64,000 bases of DNA from an uncultured virus (IMG/VR IMGVR_UViG_3300011429_000010) (IMGVR_UViG_3300011429_000010); one strand, 5' to 3'. Shown: positions 46,262 to 55,694, numbered from the stretch's first letter. The notes: generated by a model not told the origin, from the letters alone. Program-made: numbers and translations.

Positions 46262-46492
46262 GCAGGGGGGGTGAGGGTTGAGGGTTCGCTTGTTTTGTAC
46301 TATTAATAACTCCACCCTCATTCACCCTCAAAAGCGAAAGGAGAAGTGAAGGTAAAAGACCCTTTATACCCTCACGTACCCTCGGCCTACCCTCACAAGC
46401 GTTTGGGGGTTATGAAATCAACAAGTTAACCCCTACCCTCGCATGTTTGTACCCTATGGTAGTAGCGTGCCGTTTGTTCGCCTTTCGCTTTT
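46262..46492. repeat. Iteron-like ACCCTC array; putative replication origin
   Basis: TGAGGGT at 46272 and 46279; ACCCTC at 46314, 46324, 46368, 46378, 46389 and 46435; AT-rich core; 12-bp inverted repeat. Confidence 0.7.
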
Positions 46493-46991
46493 ACAGCTTA
46501 GATCGCGGGTTAATCCCCAGCGCCTTCGCGCGCCGTTGACAAATGCCGCAATTCCCCGCGGCGCCCCGCAATTTCAATAATCGCTCGTGGGCGTACGCCT
46601 CGTCCACCGTGCGATGACGCCAGACGCGGCCAATCGTGACCGTGCAGCCGGCGGCCACAACGGCGCGGATCAACGCGGAGCCTTGACCGGCTCTGTGTGT
46701 AGCCAATCGTTCCTGGACGGTCTTACGCGTCAACCCTTTGTAATGCCGCGCGTGCTTGTACGGCGGATCGAAATGGAGAATGTAAGTGTACACGGGATCG
46801 GGGTGCAGACACTTACCAAGGTTGGGCCGGGGGATCGTCTTGTCTTTATTCGTGGCGCGTACGCTGTGATGCTCCACGAATCGACGCGGCTGGCCCCGGC
46901 GCGTGGTTCCAGGTGTGATCTCGGTACCACAACCACAGCCACAGTACAGCGGATTGGTGGGGTCACGTGGTAAGTAAATGGGATAACTCAT
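46491..46991 (-). CDS. GIY-YIG-like endonuclease
   Basis: TYILHF...HYKGLT...RLATHRAGQG...ERLLK; N-terminal CGCGCG. Confidence 0.75.
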   Translation of the reverse strand: MSYPIYLPRDPTNPLYCGCGCGTEITPGTTRRGQPRRFVEHHSVRATNKDKTIPRPNLGKCLHPDPVYTYILHFDPPYKHARHYKGLTRKTVQERLATHRAGQGSALIRAVVAAGCTVTIGRVWRHRTVDEAYAHERLLKLRGAAGNCGICQRRAKALGINPRSKL

Positions 46992-47144
46992 ATCAGTGGT
47001 TATTCAACCACGTACGCGAAACCGGGCCAATCCGCGGCGCGCGTGGCCGGCGAAGCTGCACGACGCCGACGATCGCTAGGATCGTGATCGCCAGCGCGCC
47101 GGCCGCCAGTACTACCAACAACGCCAGCCCGTAGATCAAGGCCA

Positions 47145-47714
47145 TTAGACAAATGCCCCGTCAAACAACGTGTACGTGCAGCCCTTGACCACAAATGTAC
47201 GCTGGCCAGTCTCGCGTGCCTGTTTGATCAACCGATTGCGGCCAGTGGTCATCCAACCCGTACTTGGCGCTCGTCCTTCGTCTCGGTGCCCACAAAGTGC
47301 CCGGCTTGTTTCCGCTGAGGGCAACGCCCACCATGCCGACATTAGCCGACGATAGCGACGAGCCTCACGATTGTACTTCCACCATCGATCATCGTGGAGC
47401 GTAGACGGCCGGTGTATGCCCTGTTCGATCGTTTGCAGTTGGGCGAGAATTCCAGGCCCGTCCATTTTCGGTGCAATTCTCCGCGTGGCGTTTTCTCGCG
47501 TCCAAGCTCGCCGCAAATGCACACGCCAACGATTTGGCTTGTGCCGCTTCGGGCATCGCTGGCCGGCCGCTCGATGCGCCGTGTACCGCACGTGGCAATG
47601 ATAGCACGTAAGATCGCCGGTCGCATCCTGCCAGATGTGCGGCATGCGTGTGCGGAGATAATCACGCTCGAAGGCGTTGCGGTCGGCTTGTGTATGGCGA
47701 TGGTGCATGGCCAT
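47145..47714 (-). CDS. Basic hypothetical protein
   Basis: TAATG coupling; CYHC motif. Confidence 0.45.
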   Translation of the reverse strand: MAMHHRHTQADRNAFERDYLRTRMPHIWQDATGDLTCYHCHVRYTAHRAAGQRCPKRHKPNRWRVHLRRAWTRENATRRIAPKMDGPGILAQLQTIEQGIHRPSTLHDDRWWKYNREARRYRRLMSAWWALPSAETSRALCGHRDEGRAPSTGWMTTGRNRLIKQARETGQRTFVVKGCTYTLFDGAFV

Positions 47715-48196
47715 TACAGCTCCACACAAAACGATTCAATGGTTGTCTGCTGGCTTGCCCATTCGCCGAAATGCCGTTCGTTGATATACCACAGATATTG
47801 AAACGGCACATCATCCGCGGTTTGTTTGCTCCACTTTTCGAACTTCGCCCACTTGGCGACGTCGATCGCGTTCCAGTGTTCCATGGACTCGCGCGTCATG
47901 CCGTCGATGTACAGCCATCCGCCCGACCGGCCAGCCTGATAGAGCTTGGTGGACTGGCCGAATATTTCCTTGGCGTCTTCCTCCGCCTGTTCGAAACAAT
48001 GACGGCACGCCTCGTCCCATGCGTGGTTCCGATCATCATCGCTGACGTTGGCCTCAATCCAGGCCAGCGTAAACCGCGGATCCCGTTCCACCAGCATGGC
48101 AAAGTCTTTTTCAGTCGGCGCGCGCGTCACCTTGACATTGACGACCGGCCGCGATTCATGGTCGTAATAGCGTACGGTAATATCGGATCGTTTCAT
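47714..48196 (-). CDS. Early hypothetical protein
   Basis: 160 aa; GRSGGWL motif; RBS AAGGA. Confidence 0.6.
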   Translation of the reverse strand: MKRSDITVRYYDHESRPVVNVKVTRAPTEKDFAMLVERDPRFTLAWIEANVSDDDRNHAWDEACRHCFEQAEEDAKEIFGQSTKLYQAGRSGGWLYIDGMTRESMEHWNAIDVAKWAKFEKWSKQTADDVPFQYLWYINERHFGEWASQQTTIESFCVEL

Positions 48197-48428
48197 TGGC
48201 TGTTCATCCTTGCTTGCGGTTATTCGGCCATTGCGGGCGGGATCTTGATCCCCTCGTCATTCTTGTCAGCGAGAAACACCAACCCACCGAATTCTGCAAT
48301 CACGCTGATGTGCGGCATGAACGCCAAATACTGGTTAGCAATTGTGACCGTGGCGCAAATACCATGCACGCGGACCATGCGCCCGAGTGCGCGGATGTAC
48401 AACGCCTCGTGAGGCTGGAGAATGATAA

Positions 48429-48653
48429 TCACCGGGGCACCACACGCGCGCGCCAAAAGGGCTCGTACATAAATGGGACGTCAAACCAGATTGTGTGATC
48501 GATCTGGTTGACGAATGGCGCCGCCCGCTTGCCATGCTTCGCCAGAATGGCGCGCGCCTCCGGGGTGTCCTTCACATACAAATCACTCTCGTGATTGTCC
48601 AGCGGCACACCAGCCGCAAGCAATTCATCGTACAGGCTCACATCCTCAGCCAT
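48429..48653 (-). CDS. Early hypothetical protein
   Basis: 74 aa; HESDLY...ID...WFDVPF pattern. Confidence 0.6.
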   Translation of the reverse strand: MAEDVSLYDELLAAGVPLDNHESDLYVKDTPEARAILAKHGKRAAPFVNQIDHTIWFDVPFMYEPFWRARVVPR

Positions 48654-49257
48654 TGGCCGCCGTCCCTTCTCGCGCTTGCCGGTCGATTTCCTCCAGCGCG
48701 ATCACGCGTGCAACCGCCTTGACCACACACACAGACTCGGACAAACTCCAGCAGATTGTCCCCGGCTGCAAAGGCTGGCCACACCACGAGCGCGCCATAA
48801 TCCCATTGCTCCGATTATGTTCGCGGATGATCTGCAGGACACTCGGGTGGACGGCGTCCCACCGATGCAACGGGATCGCGTTCAAATGGCGATCCGATTG
48901 AACCGCACGCGCCAATTCGGCCGGCGTGGCGATCCAGCTGACCATCCGCGCGAGCGCATCCCACCCGATACAGCGCGCCAGCGACTGGTAATAGTCCTCG
49001 TGACTCACGAGATGATTCATGTAATCGGCGCGCGTCCAATCGTCGGCGGCATCGCGCGCCGCGTCACGAGGCGCCAGCCAGACCGTTGGCCCGTAGTGCG
49101 CCTTGAGCATATCGGATGTGACCTTGTAATCCTCCAGGGTGTACAGCTCGCGCAACGCGCCCGTGTGATCGGTCACCATGGCCACGGTCGGCGCCTCCGG
49201 GTACGGGTACACGATCTTGACGCCGGGGTACTTGGCTTGCCAGTCTGCAAATGTCAT
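48646..49257 (-). CDS. Early hypothetical protein
   Basis: 203 aa, ATGA coupling. Confidence 0.6.
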   Translation of the reverse strand: MTFADWQAKYPGVKIVYPYPEAPTVAMVTDHTGALRELYTLEDYKVTSDMLKAHYGPTVWLAPRDAARDAADDWTRADYMNHLVSHEDYYQSLARCIGWDALARMVSWIATPAELARAVQSDRHLNAIPLHRWDAVHPSVLQIIREHNRSNGIMARSWCGQPLQPGTICWSLSESVCVVKAVARVIALEEIDRQAREGTAANG

Positions 49258-49697
49258 GATCGATCAATCCCTTCCAGGTTCAGATCCCCGTCTGCGAGCT
49301 GCACAAACATAAAACCCAATTCGCGCGTTTTGATGATGCACCCGCCACGCGCCGGTCCTTTGGTATGCTCGGGATTTTCGGCAAGGCAAAACATGCCCCA
49401 CAACGCCGACGTGGACGTGTACACGTACTGCGCATAGCCCAACGTTTCGGCGATCCGCTTGCCGCGCACGAAGTCTTTTCCCGACCATTCCAGCTGTGTG
49501 AGCGGTTCCGTGGTCACCATGGCCACGCGCGCGCGGTCTACGGCCCGGCGTGACGTCCGGCCGGCGATCTCGCACTGGGCCGCGCTGAGGACGCGATCGA
49601 TCACGCTCCAGACGGATCGCGGCGCTGATTTGGTGATGATGGGATCGTACGGCGCCGGCTGAGACTTCGCGCGTTTACTTGCTTGCTTGCGTGCCAT
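49254..49697 (-). CDS. Early hypothetical protein
   Basis: 147 aa, RBS AAGGA. Confidence 0.55.
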   Translation of the reverse strand: MARKQASKRAKSQPAPYDPIITKSAPRSVWSVIDRVLSAAQCEIAGRTSRRAVDRARVAMVTTEPLTQLEWSGKDFVRGKRIAETLGYAQYVYTSTSALWGMFCLAENPEHTKGPARGGCIIKTRELGFMFVQLADGDLNLEGIDRS

Positions 49698-49875
49698 TGT
49701 CTAATCCTTTGCTTGGCTGGATGATCTCGCCACCATCAATCGGCCGCGTGGTACTGGCCAGCCGATCAATCCACCATGCGCCATTGTAGTACCACATTTG
49801 CCATGGCTCGCCGCGGAGATCGGCGTTTGCCCGTGCTTGGGCTTTTGCGCGTGTGTAGTCATGGCCGGCGTTCAT
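49675..49875 (-). CDS. Early hypothetical protein
   Basis: 66 aa, RBS GGAG. Confidence 0.5.
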   Translation of the reverse strand: MNAGHDYTRAKAQARANADLRGEPWQMWYYNGAWWIDRLASTTRPIDGGEIIQPSKGLDNGTQASK

Positions 49876-49881
49876 GGTTGG

Positions 49882-50091
49882 TTACTCCACTCTCACAATT
49901 ACGTACGTGGTCGGCGCTTGACCACTCAGCGCGAATTCTTTAAACGTGAATTCGTCCACGAGCAAGTCAGTCGGCGCCGCGCCACCCCGTACGATCTTGC
50001 CGTACGTGCTGATGTACGCGTTGTCCAGGCTGACAGGACCGCCCATAACAGGATCGCCCGTGAGCGTTTGAATCTGAAATAGCTTGGCCAT
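49882..50091 (-). CDS. Early hypothetical protein
   Basis: 69 aa, RBS AAAGG. Confidence 0.5.
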   Translation of the reverse strand: MAKLFQIQTLTGDPVMGGPVSLDNAYISTYGKIVRGGAAPTDLLVDEFTFKEFALSGQAPTTYVIVRVE

Positions 50092-50092
50092 A

Positions 50093-50380
50093 CTAGTACC
50101 TTTGTTCGCTATCGGTCGATTTGGACTCACCAACGGCCATTAGAACCGCGTCCAGCAATCGCCCGGTAAAGTGTCGCACAAGCGCCGCGCGCAACGCGGT
50201 ACCGCCCTGGACGGCCGCAAACGCGTCATTCATGGCGCCGCAGTACAGCCCGAGTGCATTCGGGTTGTAGTACTTGCCGCGTGCCTGTCGTTGATCGTAC
50301 GCGGTGATTGCGTGCATGATCGCCGCGTGGATGCGTGCCGGGTGTGATGCCGCGGTGACGTCCGCAAAGGGTTTAGCCAT
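50093..50380 (-). CDS. Early hypothetical protein
   Basis: 95 aa, RBS GAGG. Confidence 0.55.
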   Translation of the reverse strand: MAKPFADVTAASHPARIHAAIMHAITAYDQRQARGKYYNPNALGLYCGAMNDAFAAVQGGTALRAALVRHFTGRLLDAVLMAVGESKSTDSEQRY

Positions 50381-50654
50381 TTGATCGCCTCACGCCGCCG
50401 CGCGTCCCAAGGGTTAATACGACGTCCGGGCCATCCTCGTGATACTGGCCACCGCGATACAAGTGCATTTCGCACGTGTCATCATCCACACACGGAAACC
50501 GCGGATGTTGATCCGCGCGCGCTTGGAGTACTTCGCCGGCCGCGCGGATAGAGCTATAGAATTCATGATCGCGCGTGTTGTGGCCGTCCGGCGCCGCGTA
50601 ATTGCTGCCACCGTACCATAAACCTAAATACCGGCCGCGATAAAATATGGCCAT
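50373..50654 (-). CDS. Early hypothetical protein
   Basis: 93 aa, RBS GGAG; GGSNY...FPCV...GTRGGV. Confidence 0.55.
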   Translation of the reverse strand: MAIFYRGRYLGLWYGGSNYAAPDGHNTRDHEFYSSIRAAGEVLQARADQHPRFPCVDDDTCEMHLYRGGQYHEDGPDVVLTLGTRGGVRRSNG

Positions 50655-50668
50655 GATTGATCTCTCCC

Positions 50669-51280
50669 TTACTTCCACTTGATCGACGTCGCCCATGCGC
50701 GGACGTCCGGCGCCGCGCGGCCAATGGTGTTATGCCCGTCATCCTTCCAATACACGGCCGCGATATCCTCCGGCACCTGGATCAACAAATGGCGGTACGC
50801 GGGCGGTACCTTTTGATAATCCATTGGGAGACCGTCACTGCCAATCGAGCCGCTGACAGACAAGGTGCAATCCCCAATACGGATCGATCCCATCATAAAA
50901 TGCCCAAACTGGCGCAAGCTACAGCTCCGGACCACAGCCCATAACATCGGCTGGCCATTCGGGTACTTGTGATGATCGCCGGCCGCGTCACGTGCCGCGC
51001 GGAAGGCATCGTACGTGTGCTGGACGCATCCACGCGGTTTTCCCGCGTGCATGATCGCCTGAATACTCGCGATTTGATCTGCAGGCAATTCCGGATCGCG
51101 CCATTTGGCCATGGCCGCGTCATACACAGCCACGAGCGCGCAACAGTCCGCACAGCTCGCGCGGATCTCATCCTCCGCTTTGCTGTCATTCCAGGAAAAC
51201 AACGCGAGATAATCCCCGCGTCCCGATCGCTGCTCGCCTCCACGCGTGTACCCGCCGTTAGTGTGCTTGCGTATGAACAT
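50669..51280 (-). CDS. Early hypothetical protein
   Basis: 203 aa, RBS AAGGA. Confidence 0.55.
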   Translation of the reverse strand: MFIRKHTNGGYTRGGEQRSGRGDYLALFSWNDSKAEDEIRASCADCCALVAVYDAAMAKWRDPELPADQIASIQAIMHAGKPRGCVQHTYDAFRAARDAAGDHHKYPNGQPMLWAVVRSCSLRQFGHFMMGSIRIGDCTLSVSGSIGSDGLPMDYQKVPPAYRHLLIQVPEDIAAVYWKDDGHNTIGRAAPDVRAWATSIKWK

Positions 51281-51292
51281 GGTGAATCGTCC

Positions 51293-51778
51293 TTACTTGC
51301 TCCGCTGAAAATCGGCCGGATCCAATCGGGTAATCGAATCCTTCCACTTGCGCCAATTGGCCACCGTCCGCCGTGACGCCTGCCAATGGGCCAGACTCCG
51401 CGCGCGTTCACGGCTGGCGCCATGGCACAACGTCCGCAAAATCGATTTAGTCTCCACGGGAAAATGGTCCCGAATGACGCCGGAGATCAACGGGCCATGG
51501 TCGCCATAGGTGGCGAGCGCGAACGTCACGAGGCGAGCGTACGCGCAATCCAGGGTACTGGCTTGCTCCATTGCCGTATTTGCTTCGGCCAAATGTTGAT
51601 CCCGTGTCCAGCTGGCGAATTGCGGCAGACGTTTGAACAGCCGATGATCATCCAGAATGGTAATGGAACGCGTCCAGCCGTGGCACGGTTTGAAGCGTAC
51701 ATCATAAGGCGCGATGTACGGGTGGCCGGCGGTACCGTAGCTAATCGGTTCACTCGGGTTACTTTGATACATGGCCAT
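51293..51778 (-). CDS. Early hypothetical protein
   Basis: 161 aa, directly behind a promoter. Confidence 0.55.
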   Translation of the reverse strand: MAMYQSNPSEPISYGTAGHPYIAPYDVRFKPCHGWTRSITILDDHRLFKRLPQFASWTRDQHLAEANTAMEQASTLDCAYARLVTFALATYGDHGPLISGVIRDHFPVETKSILRTLCHGASRERARSLAHWQASRRTVANWRKWKDSITRLDPADFQRSK

Positions 51779-51784
51779 GAGATA

Positions 51785-51814
51785 ATCCTACGCCTCAGCT
51801 GTTCACGTTGTCAA
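51785..51814 (-). promoter_or_regulatory. Promoter TTGACA-N7-CAGCTGAGG-N2-TAGGAT
   Basis: Perfect -35, 18-bp spacer. Confidence 0.65.
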
Positions 51815-51845
51815 CTAAATAAACCGTCCAGCTTAGTGGCCGGCG

Positions 51846-52310
51846 TTACTCGCGGACGATTGCCACCGTCCGCGTATCGGTCGCATGGTCGTATGTCTCA
51901 CACACGTTGGCCATTAATACCGTGTGGAATACATCGCCCAGATAATCCTTGATTTGATTACGATTGGGCCCACCGATGGTAATGTCGATTGTCGCCCAGA
52001 GACTTGCACGAATGGTAATCGTGTGGTCCGTCCAGCCGTCGTACATGCCGGATTCGTTCATGTGGTGAAACGGCGTCGTCAGCACAATCCGCTCGCCATG
52101 GGACCGATCCAGGTCAATGGTGGTCCCGCTGTCGATGCCCGATCCGCGTGGCAGGATCTCCCGTTCGATTAGGCGGAGTAATTCCGTATGCTTGTCCAGC
52201 CATTCGCCATTACCCTTCTCCAGACAATTGAGACGTGCTTGGATGGTACTGGCGAGCATGCGGTAACACGGTTCGGTACGCGTGCGGATCTCGGTTGTCG
52301 TTTCGGCCAT
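51846..52310 (-). CDS. Early hypothetical protein
   Basis: LPRGSGID...FHHMNESGMYDGWTDH...IKDYL; RBS AGGAG. Confidence 0.65.
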   Translation of the reverse strand: MAETTTEIRTRTEPCYRMLASTIQARLNCLEKGNGEWLDKHTELLRLIEREILPRGSGIDSGTTIDLDRSHGERIVLTTPFHHMNESGMYDGWTDHTITIRASLWATIDITIGGPNRNQIKDYLGDVFHTVLMANVCETYDHATDTRTVAIVRE

Positions 52311-52318
52311 GGTTACTC

Positions 52319-52498
52319 CTAATACCCAATGGTGGCAATACGCCACGCGTTGAAATCTGCTGTGGCTTCTGGGTTAGCGTCCCAATCTGGCTCGAATCCG
52401 CCACGCTGTAACCATTCGAGCAATGCTTGCCGTAATTCGCGTAAACGTGCTGAGTCGGTACATTCCGCTTGCTCGGCTAGATTGGCGTTTGGATCCAT
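52319..52498 (-). CDS. Small early protein
   Basis: MDPNANL...WLQRGGFEPDW; RBS GAAGGA. Confidence 0.55.
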   Translation of the reverse strand: MDPNANLAEQAECTDSARLRELRQALLEWLQRGGFEPDWDANPEATADFNAWRIATIGY

Positions 52499-52661
52499 GG
52501 TTGGTAATCCTTCCCTCAGCTGTACATGTACATCAGCATGGCCATTACTGCCAGCATGGCCACACACGAGATCACAACGCCGATTAATCGATCTTCCATT
52601 AGCTTTTCCACCGTATCACTTTGGCATCGCGCACACAGACACTCCGCGCGGTAACTATGTT

Positions 52662-52922
52662 TCATAGCGGTATGACTCTCCAACCTTCGCGATGTTTGCC
52701 ATTCTTGATTAACACGTCTGCGGCACGCGCACGTGATTTGAACACAAACGCCTGACCGATATTACTTGCGCATTCCCAGAACACGCCTAAGCCCAAACGG
52801 ACGTAATATAGATCGCGCGAATCATGGTAAATGACGAAATGGTGTGGTTGGTGTGTGGAAATGGTGCCACTAGCGCGCGCATCGCCGTCAGCCATACCCT
52901 TGTCATCCATGCCGGTAACCAT
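52662..52922 (-). CDS. Hypothetical protein (start uncertain)
   Basis: First ORF of the leftward early arm. Confidence 0.35.
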   Translation of the reverse strand: MVTGMDDKGMADGDARASGTISTHQPHHFVIYHDSRDLYYVRLGLGVFWECASNIGQAFVFKSRARAADVLIKNGKHREGWRVIPL

Positions 52923-52947
52923 ATGCTAGAATAACGCCATGCGTCAA
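52918..52947 (-). promoter_or_regulatory. Early promoter candidate
   Basis: TTGACG-N18-TATGGT with upstream TTAATTAATTAA. Confidence 0.5.
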
Positions 52948-53130
52948 GCAGATAATGATTAATTAATTAAATGGGCGTAGTCCAACGTGTGTGCATATTC
53001 CCGCCATGGCCCGACATTTACCGATCCATGGGCGGATTAATGGGCGTGTACCATGAATGGTAATTGAATGATCATTGAATGGCCGGAGCCGTGGCCATTG
53101 ACTGGCCATGATTAATTATCCGACTCCGCG

Positions 53131-53191
53131 CGCATCGCCTCCATGCTGCGCGCGCATCGCCTCCATGCTGCGCTCGCATCGCCTCCATGCT
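53131..53191. repeat. 22-bp-period tandem repeat, 3 copies
   Basis: CGCATCGCCTCCATGCT at 53131, 53153 and 53175. Confidence 0.95.
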
Positions 53192-53413
53192 ATGGGACAA
53201 GGGTTATGCCAACGGCCGTTACTACCACATCTAGACAGTCCATGTATGAAGGGAATTGTCTAAGGGTGCCCGCCGGCCAGGGGGGAGAACTAGCGATCTG
53301 GTCATACACGTTTTATTTTTTCGAGGCTGTTTTTTATTAGCTGGCACGCTCACGCGGGCCCTTCCCGGTAGCTCGAAACAACCTCATCAGGTCTGCCCGC
53401 CAAGGGCCCCCAC

Positions 53414-53443
53414 TTGACAGCCACGGCAGCTGAGGGCTAAGGT
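53414..53443 (+). promoter_or_regulatory. Promoter TTGACA-N7-CAGCTGAGG-N2-TAAGGT for the rightward arm
   Basis: Same architecture as 51785-51814. Confidence 0.65.
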
Positions 53444-53537
53444 GGCCAGCAATGACCGCCGGCCGCGTGAATCGTGCCAGACGCTCGCGCGAGCCCCATC
53501 CAAGGCCCGTTTAACCATCAAATCAAGGGATTCCAGC

Positions 53538-54164
53538 ATGTATCACATCTTGCGCGTCATCGGGTTGGGCGAGTATCACGTCATTCGCGTGGAAGGACAG
53601 CGGGGCGAGCTGGACCGGCGCGGGCAGCCGCAGACCGGCCAGCCCGAGACCCTGGTCGCTGTGCTGACGGAAGAGGACATGGACGCGATCGGCGAGAGCT
53701 ATGGCGACTTCAGGCGCGCGCACGAGCACCAGCTGGAGGAAAACAGGCGCGTGGCGGGACGGGTGGGGGTGCCTTCGGCGGCGAGTCAGGCCGGGCCGGT
53801 GCGGCGCACGGGTGATGCGGATTACCCCCAGTCGGCGTGGCCGCGGGCCGAGGCGGCGCGCAAGGCACCGCTGGCCCAGCCGGGGGCCGTGATCGAGCTG
53901 CCGAAAACCGCTCCGCCTTCAGCGGCGGCGCCGGAACCCGTAGGCACGGCGATTCCTGCCGACGTCGCCAAGGAACCGGTGCCGATCGCCGGGCAGGCAC
54001 CGGGGGCTCCAGCACCGGCGCTGTCAGAGGAAGAGGCGGCACGTGTCGCGGCCGAAACGGGTGGCGCCCCTGGTGTCGAGGCGACCACAGCGCAGGCGGC
54101 GGCCAACGCGGTCCCGCCGGGCGACCAGCCACCGCCGGTGCCACAGCGGCGTAGGACCAGCTAG
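53538..54164 (+). CDS. Hypothetical protein with Ala/Pro-rich tail
   Basis: RBS AAGGGGA before ATG 53538. Confidence 0.55.
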   Translation: MYHILRVIGLGEYHVIRVEGQRGELDRRGQPQTGQPETLVAVLTEEDMDAIGESYGDFRRAHEHQLEENRRVAGRVGVPSAASQAGPVRRTGDADYPQSAWPRAEAARKAPLAQPGAVIELPKTAPPSAAAPEPVGTAIPADVAKEPVPIAGQAPGAPAPALSEEEAARVAAETGGAPGVEATTAQAAANAVPPGDQPPPVPQRRRTS

Positions 54165-54166
54165 CC

Positions 54167-55255
54167 ATGGCCGATGTGCGCGGCACCAAAGCCCATCAGG
54201 AGACCGGCGGCCAAGCCGCGGGCGCTGTTCCTCCGGCAGGGGCTCCACATGAAGTGTCGGCGCCCCTGCAGCACGATGCCGGCGGGATCATCTTCGCGGA
54301 CGGCTCGCGGATGACCCCGGCCCAGCGCGCGGCCGAGAATGAACGATCGCTGCAGCCGCTGAAGTTCCAGGGCGGCCAGACGGCTGGCGGCGTGGCGGAA
54401 GCCACGCAGGCGGCGCGCGCAGGCAAAATCGATCCGTTTTACGCGCGGCTGTCGGCGGCGAATGTGCTGGCGGACGGCTATAGTGATGTGCTGGACGCGC
54501 CGCCGGTGCCGCGCATTCGCCGCGCCACGCGACCGCCTGTGATCCTCACGGACGCGCCAGACGCGCCCGGCGACCCGGCGCTCATCGTCCAGCAAATCGA
54601 CACGGCGACTGGTGGACTGGTGGACGGGACCGAGCTGATCGACGCCGCCGAGGCGCGCGCCAACGCGCAACCCGCCCAAGTCATTGGCCTGCCCAACGCG
54701 GCCACCGCGCCATCGCTGGAGCCGATTGATCTCAAGCGCATGCCGGCGGCCAGCGATACCGATAGCCCCTCGCGCGGCCAGCCGCGGATCATCGCCAACC
54801 CAGACAAAAAGGTCACGGGGGGTTTCTCGGGCGGCGCGGATTTGCAATACTTCGCGCTGGACGGGCAGGAGCTTCGTGTATTAGTTGAAACGCTGATGGA
54901 TACTATCTATCAGCGCATTCAAAATGATCTGCGGTTCAGCATGGCGATTACCTATCCGCAAGTGTCGGCGCGCGTGGTGATCGAAATTCAGGGCTTCGCC
55001 AGTGACGTGGCGATCGTCATCGACCAGATTTTGTCGCCGGAGCATCCCGCGCGCTGCAAAAACCCCATCGCGTTTGCGCGCACGGTCGCCAATGAAATCG
55101 CGTTTGTGCTGGTCGAGGAAGCGGCGGAGACCGATGACCAAGGCCAATCGCTGAATCCGCCGGACGCGATCCGCGACCAATTAGGGCTGACCAAGCCGCG
55201 CAAGCAAGTGGTGGGCGTGGGCGCCGGCCGGAGCTGGGTGGATAGCAAAACATGA
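54167..55255 (+). CDS. Hypothetical protein
   Basis: 362 aa ORF in the operon. Confidence 0.6.
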   Translation: MADVRGTKAHQETGGQAAGAVPPAGAPHEVSAPLQHDAGGIIFADGSRMTPAQRAAENERSLQPLKFQGGQTAGGVAEATQAARAGKIDPFYARLSAANVLADGYSDVLDAPPVPRIRRATRPPVILTDAPDAPGDPALIVQQIDTATGGLVDGTELIDAAEARANAQPAQVIGLPNAATAPSLEPIDLKRMPAASDTDSPSRGQPRIIANPDKKVTGGFSGGADLQYFALDGQELRVLVETLMDTIYQRIQNDLRFSMAITYPQVSARVVIEIQGFASDVAIVIDQILSPEHPARCKNPIAFARTVANEIAFVLVEEAAETDDQGQSLNPPDAIRDQLGLTKPRKQVVGVGAGRSWVDSKT

Positions 55256-55443
55256 GTGTCCTCGCGGACGGCCCTGCCGGGGACGTCCACGTCGTGCCCA
55301 TTGACGATCTGGAGCCGCACGTGGACGCCCGCGACTGCTGGTGCCATCCGACGCTGGTCCGTGAGCCCGACGCGGATCGGGCGGTGGTCATTCACCACAG
55401 CGCCGATGGCCGCGAGCTGATCGAGGAGCACGGGGTGAATTAG
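55252..55443 (+). CDS. Small His/Cys metal-binding protein candidate
   Basis: HVVPIDD...H...CWCHP...HHSADGRE. Confidence 0.55.
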   Translation: MSVLADGPAGDVHVVPIDDLEPHVDARDCWCHPTLVREPDADRAVVIHHSADGRELIEEHGVN

Positions 55444-55445
55444 TC

Positions 55446-55694
55446 ATGCGCTTTGGCGTCTATCGTAAAATCGCGGGGCGTACGGGCGTGGGGATGTTGT
55501 ACCAATTCCTGTTGCTCGCCCGCCATCACACGACCGATGAACAGGTGGTCGTGTACATCCCGTTGCGGATTGAACCAGAGTGGGCGGGCACGATTCGCCC
55601 GTGCTTCCTGCACCGCGCCACGTTTGACGCCAAGTTTGAATTTGTCAGTGAAGGGTTACCGATCGGAGTGCGCCATGAAACGCCGCCTGGATGA
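55446..55694 (+). CDS. DUF1653-like protein
   Basis: GVYRK...Y..L.LARHHTTDEQVVVY...F..KFE. Confidence 0.5.
   Translation: MRFGVYRKIAGRTGVGMLYQFLLLARHHTTDEQVVVYIPLRIEPEWAGTIRPCFLHRATFDAKFEFVSEGLPIGVRHETPPG

Noticed and set aside
53131..53191. CRISPR-like mini-array
   Set aside because: The 17-bp units are separated by only 5 near-identical bases, so it is a tandem repeat without spacers; no cas operon (the Cas4-like gene is in a recombination module)
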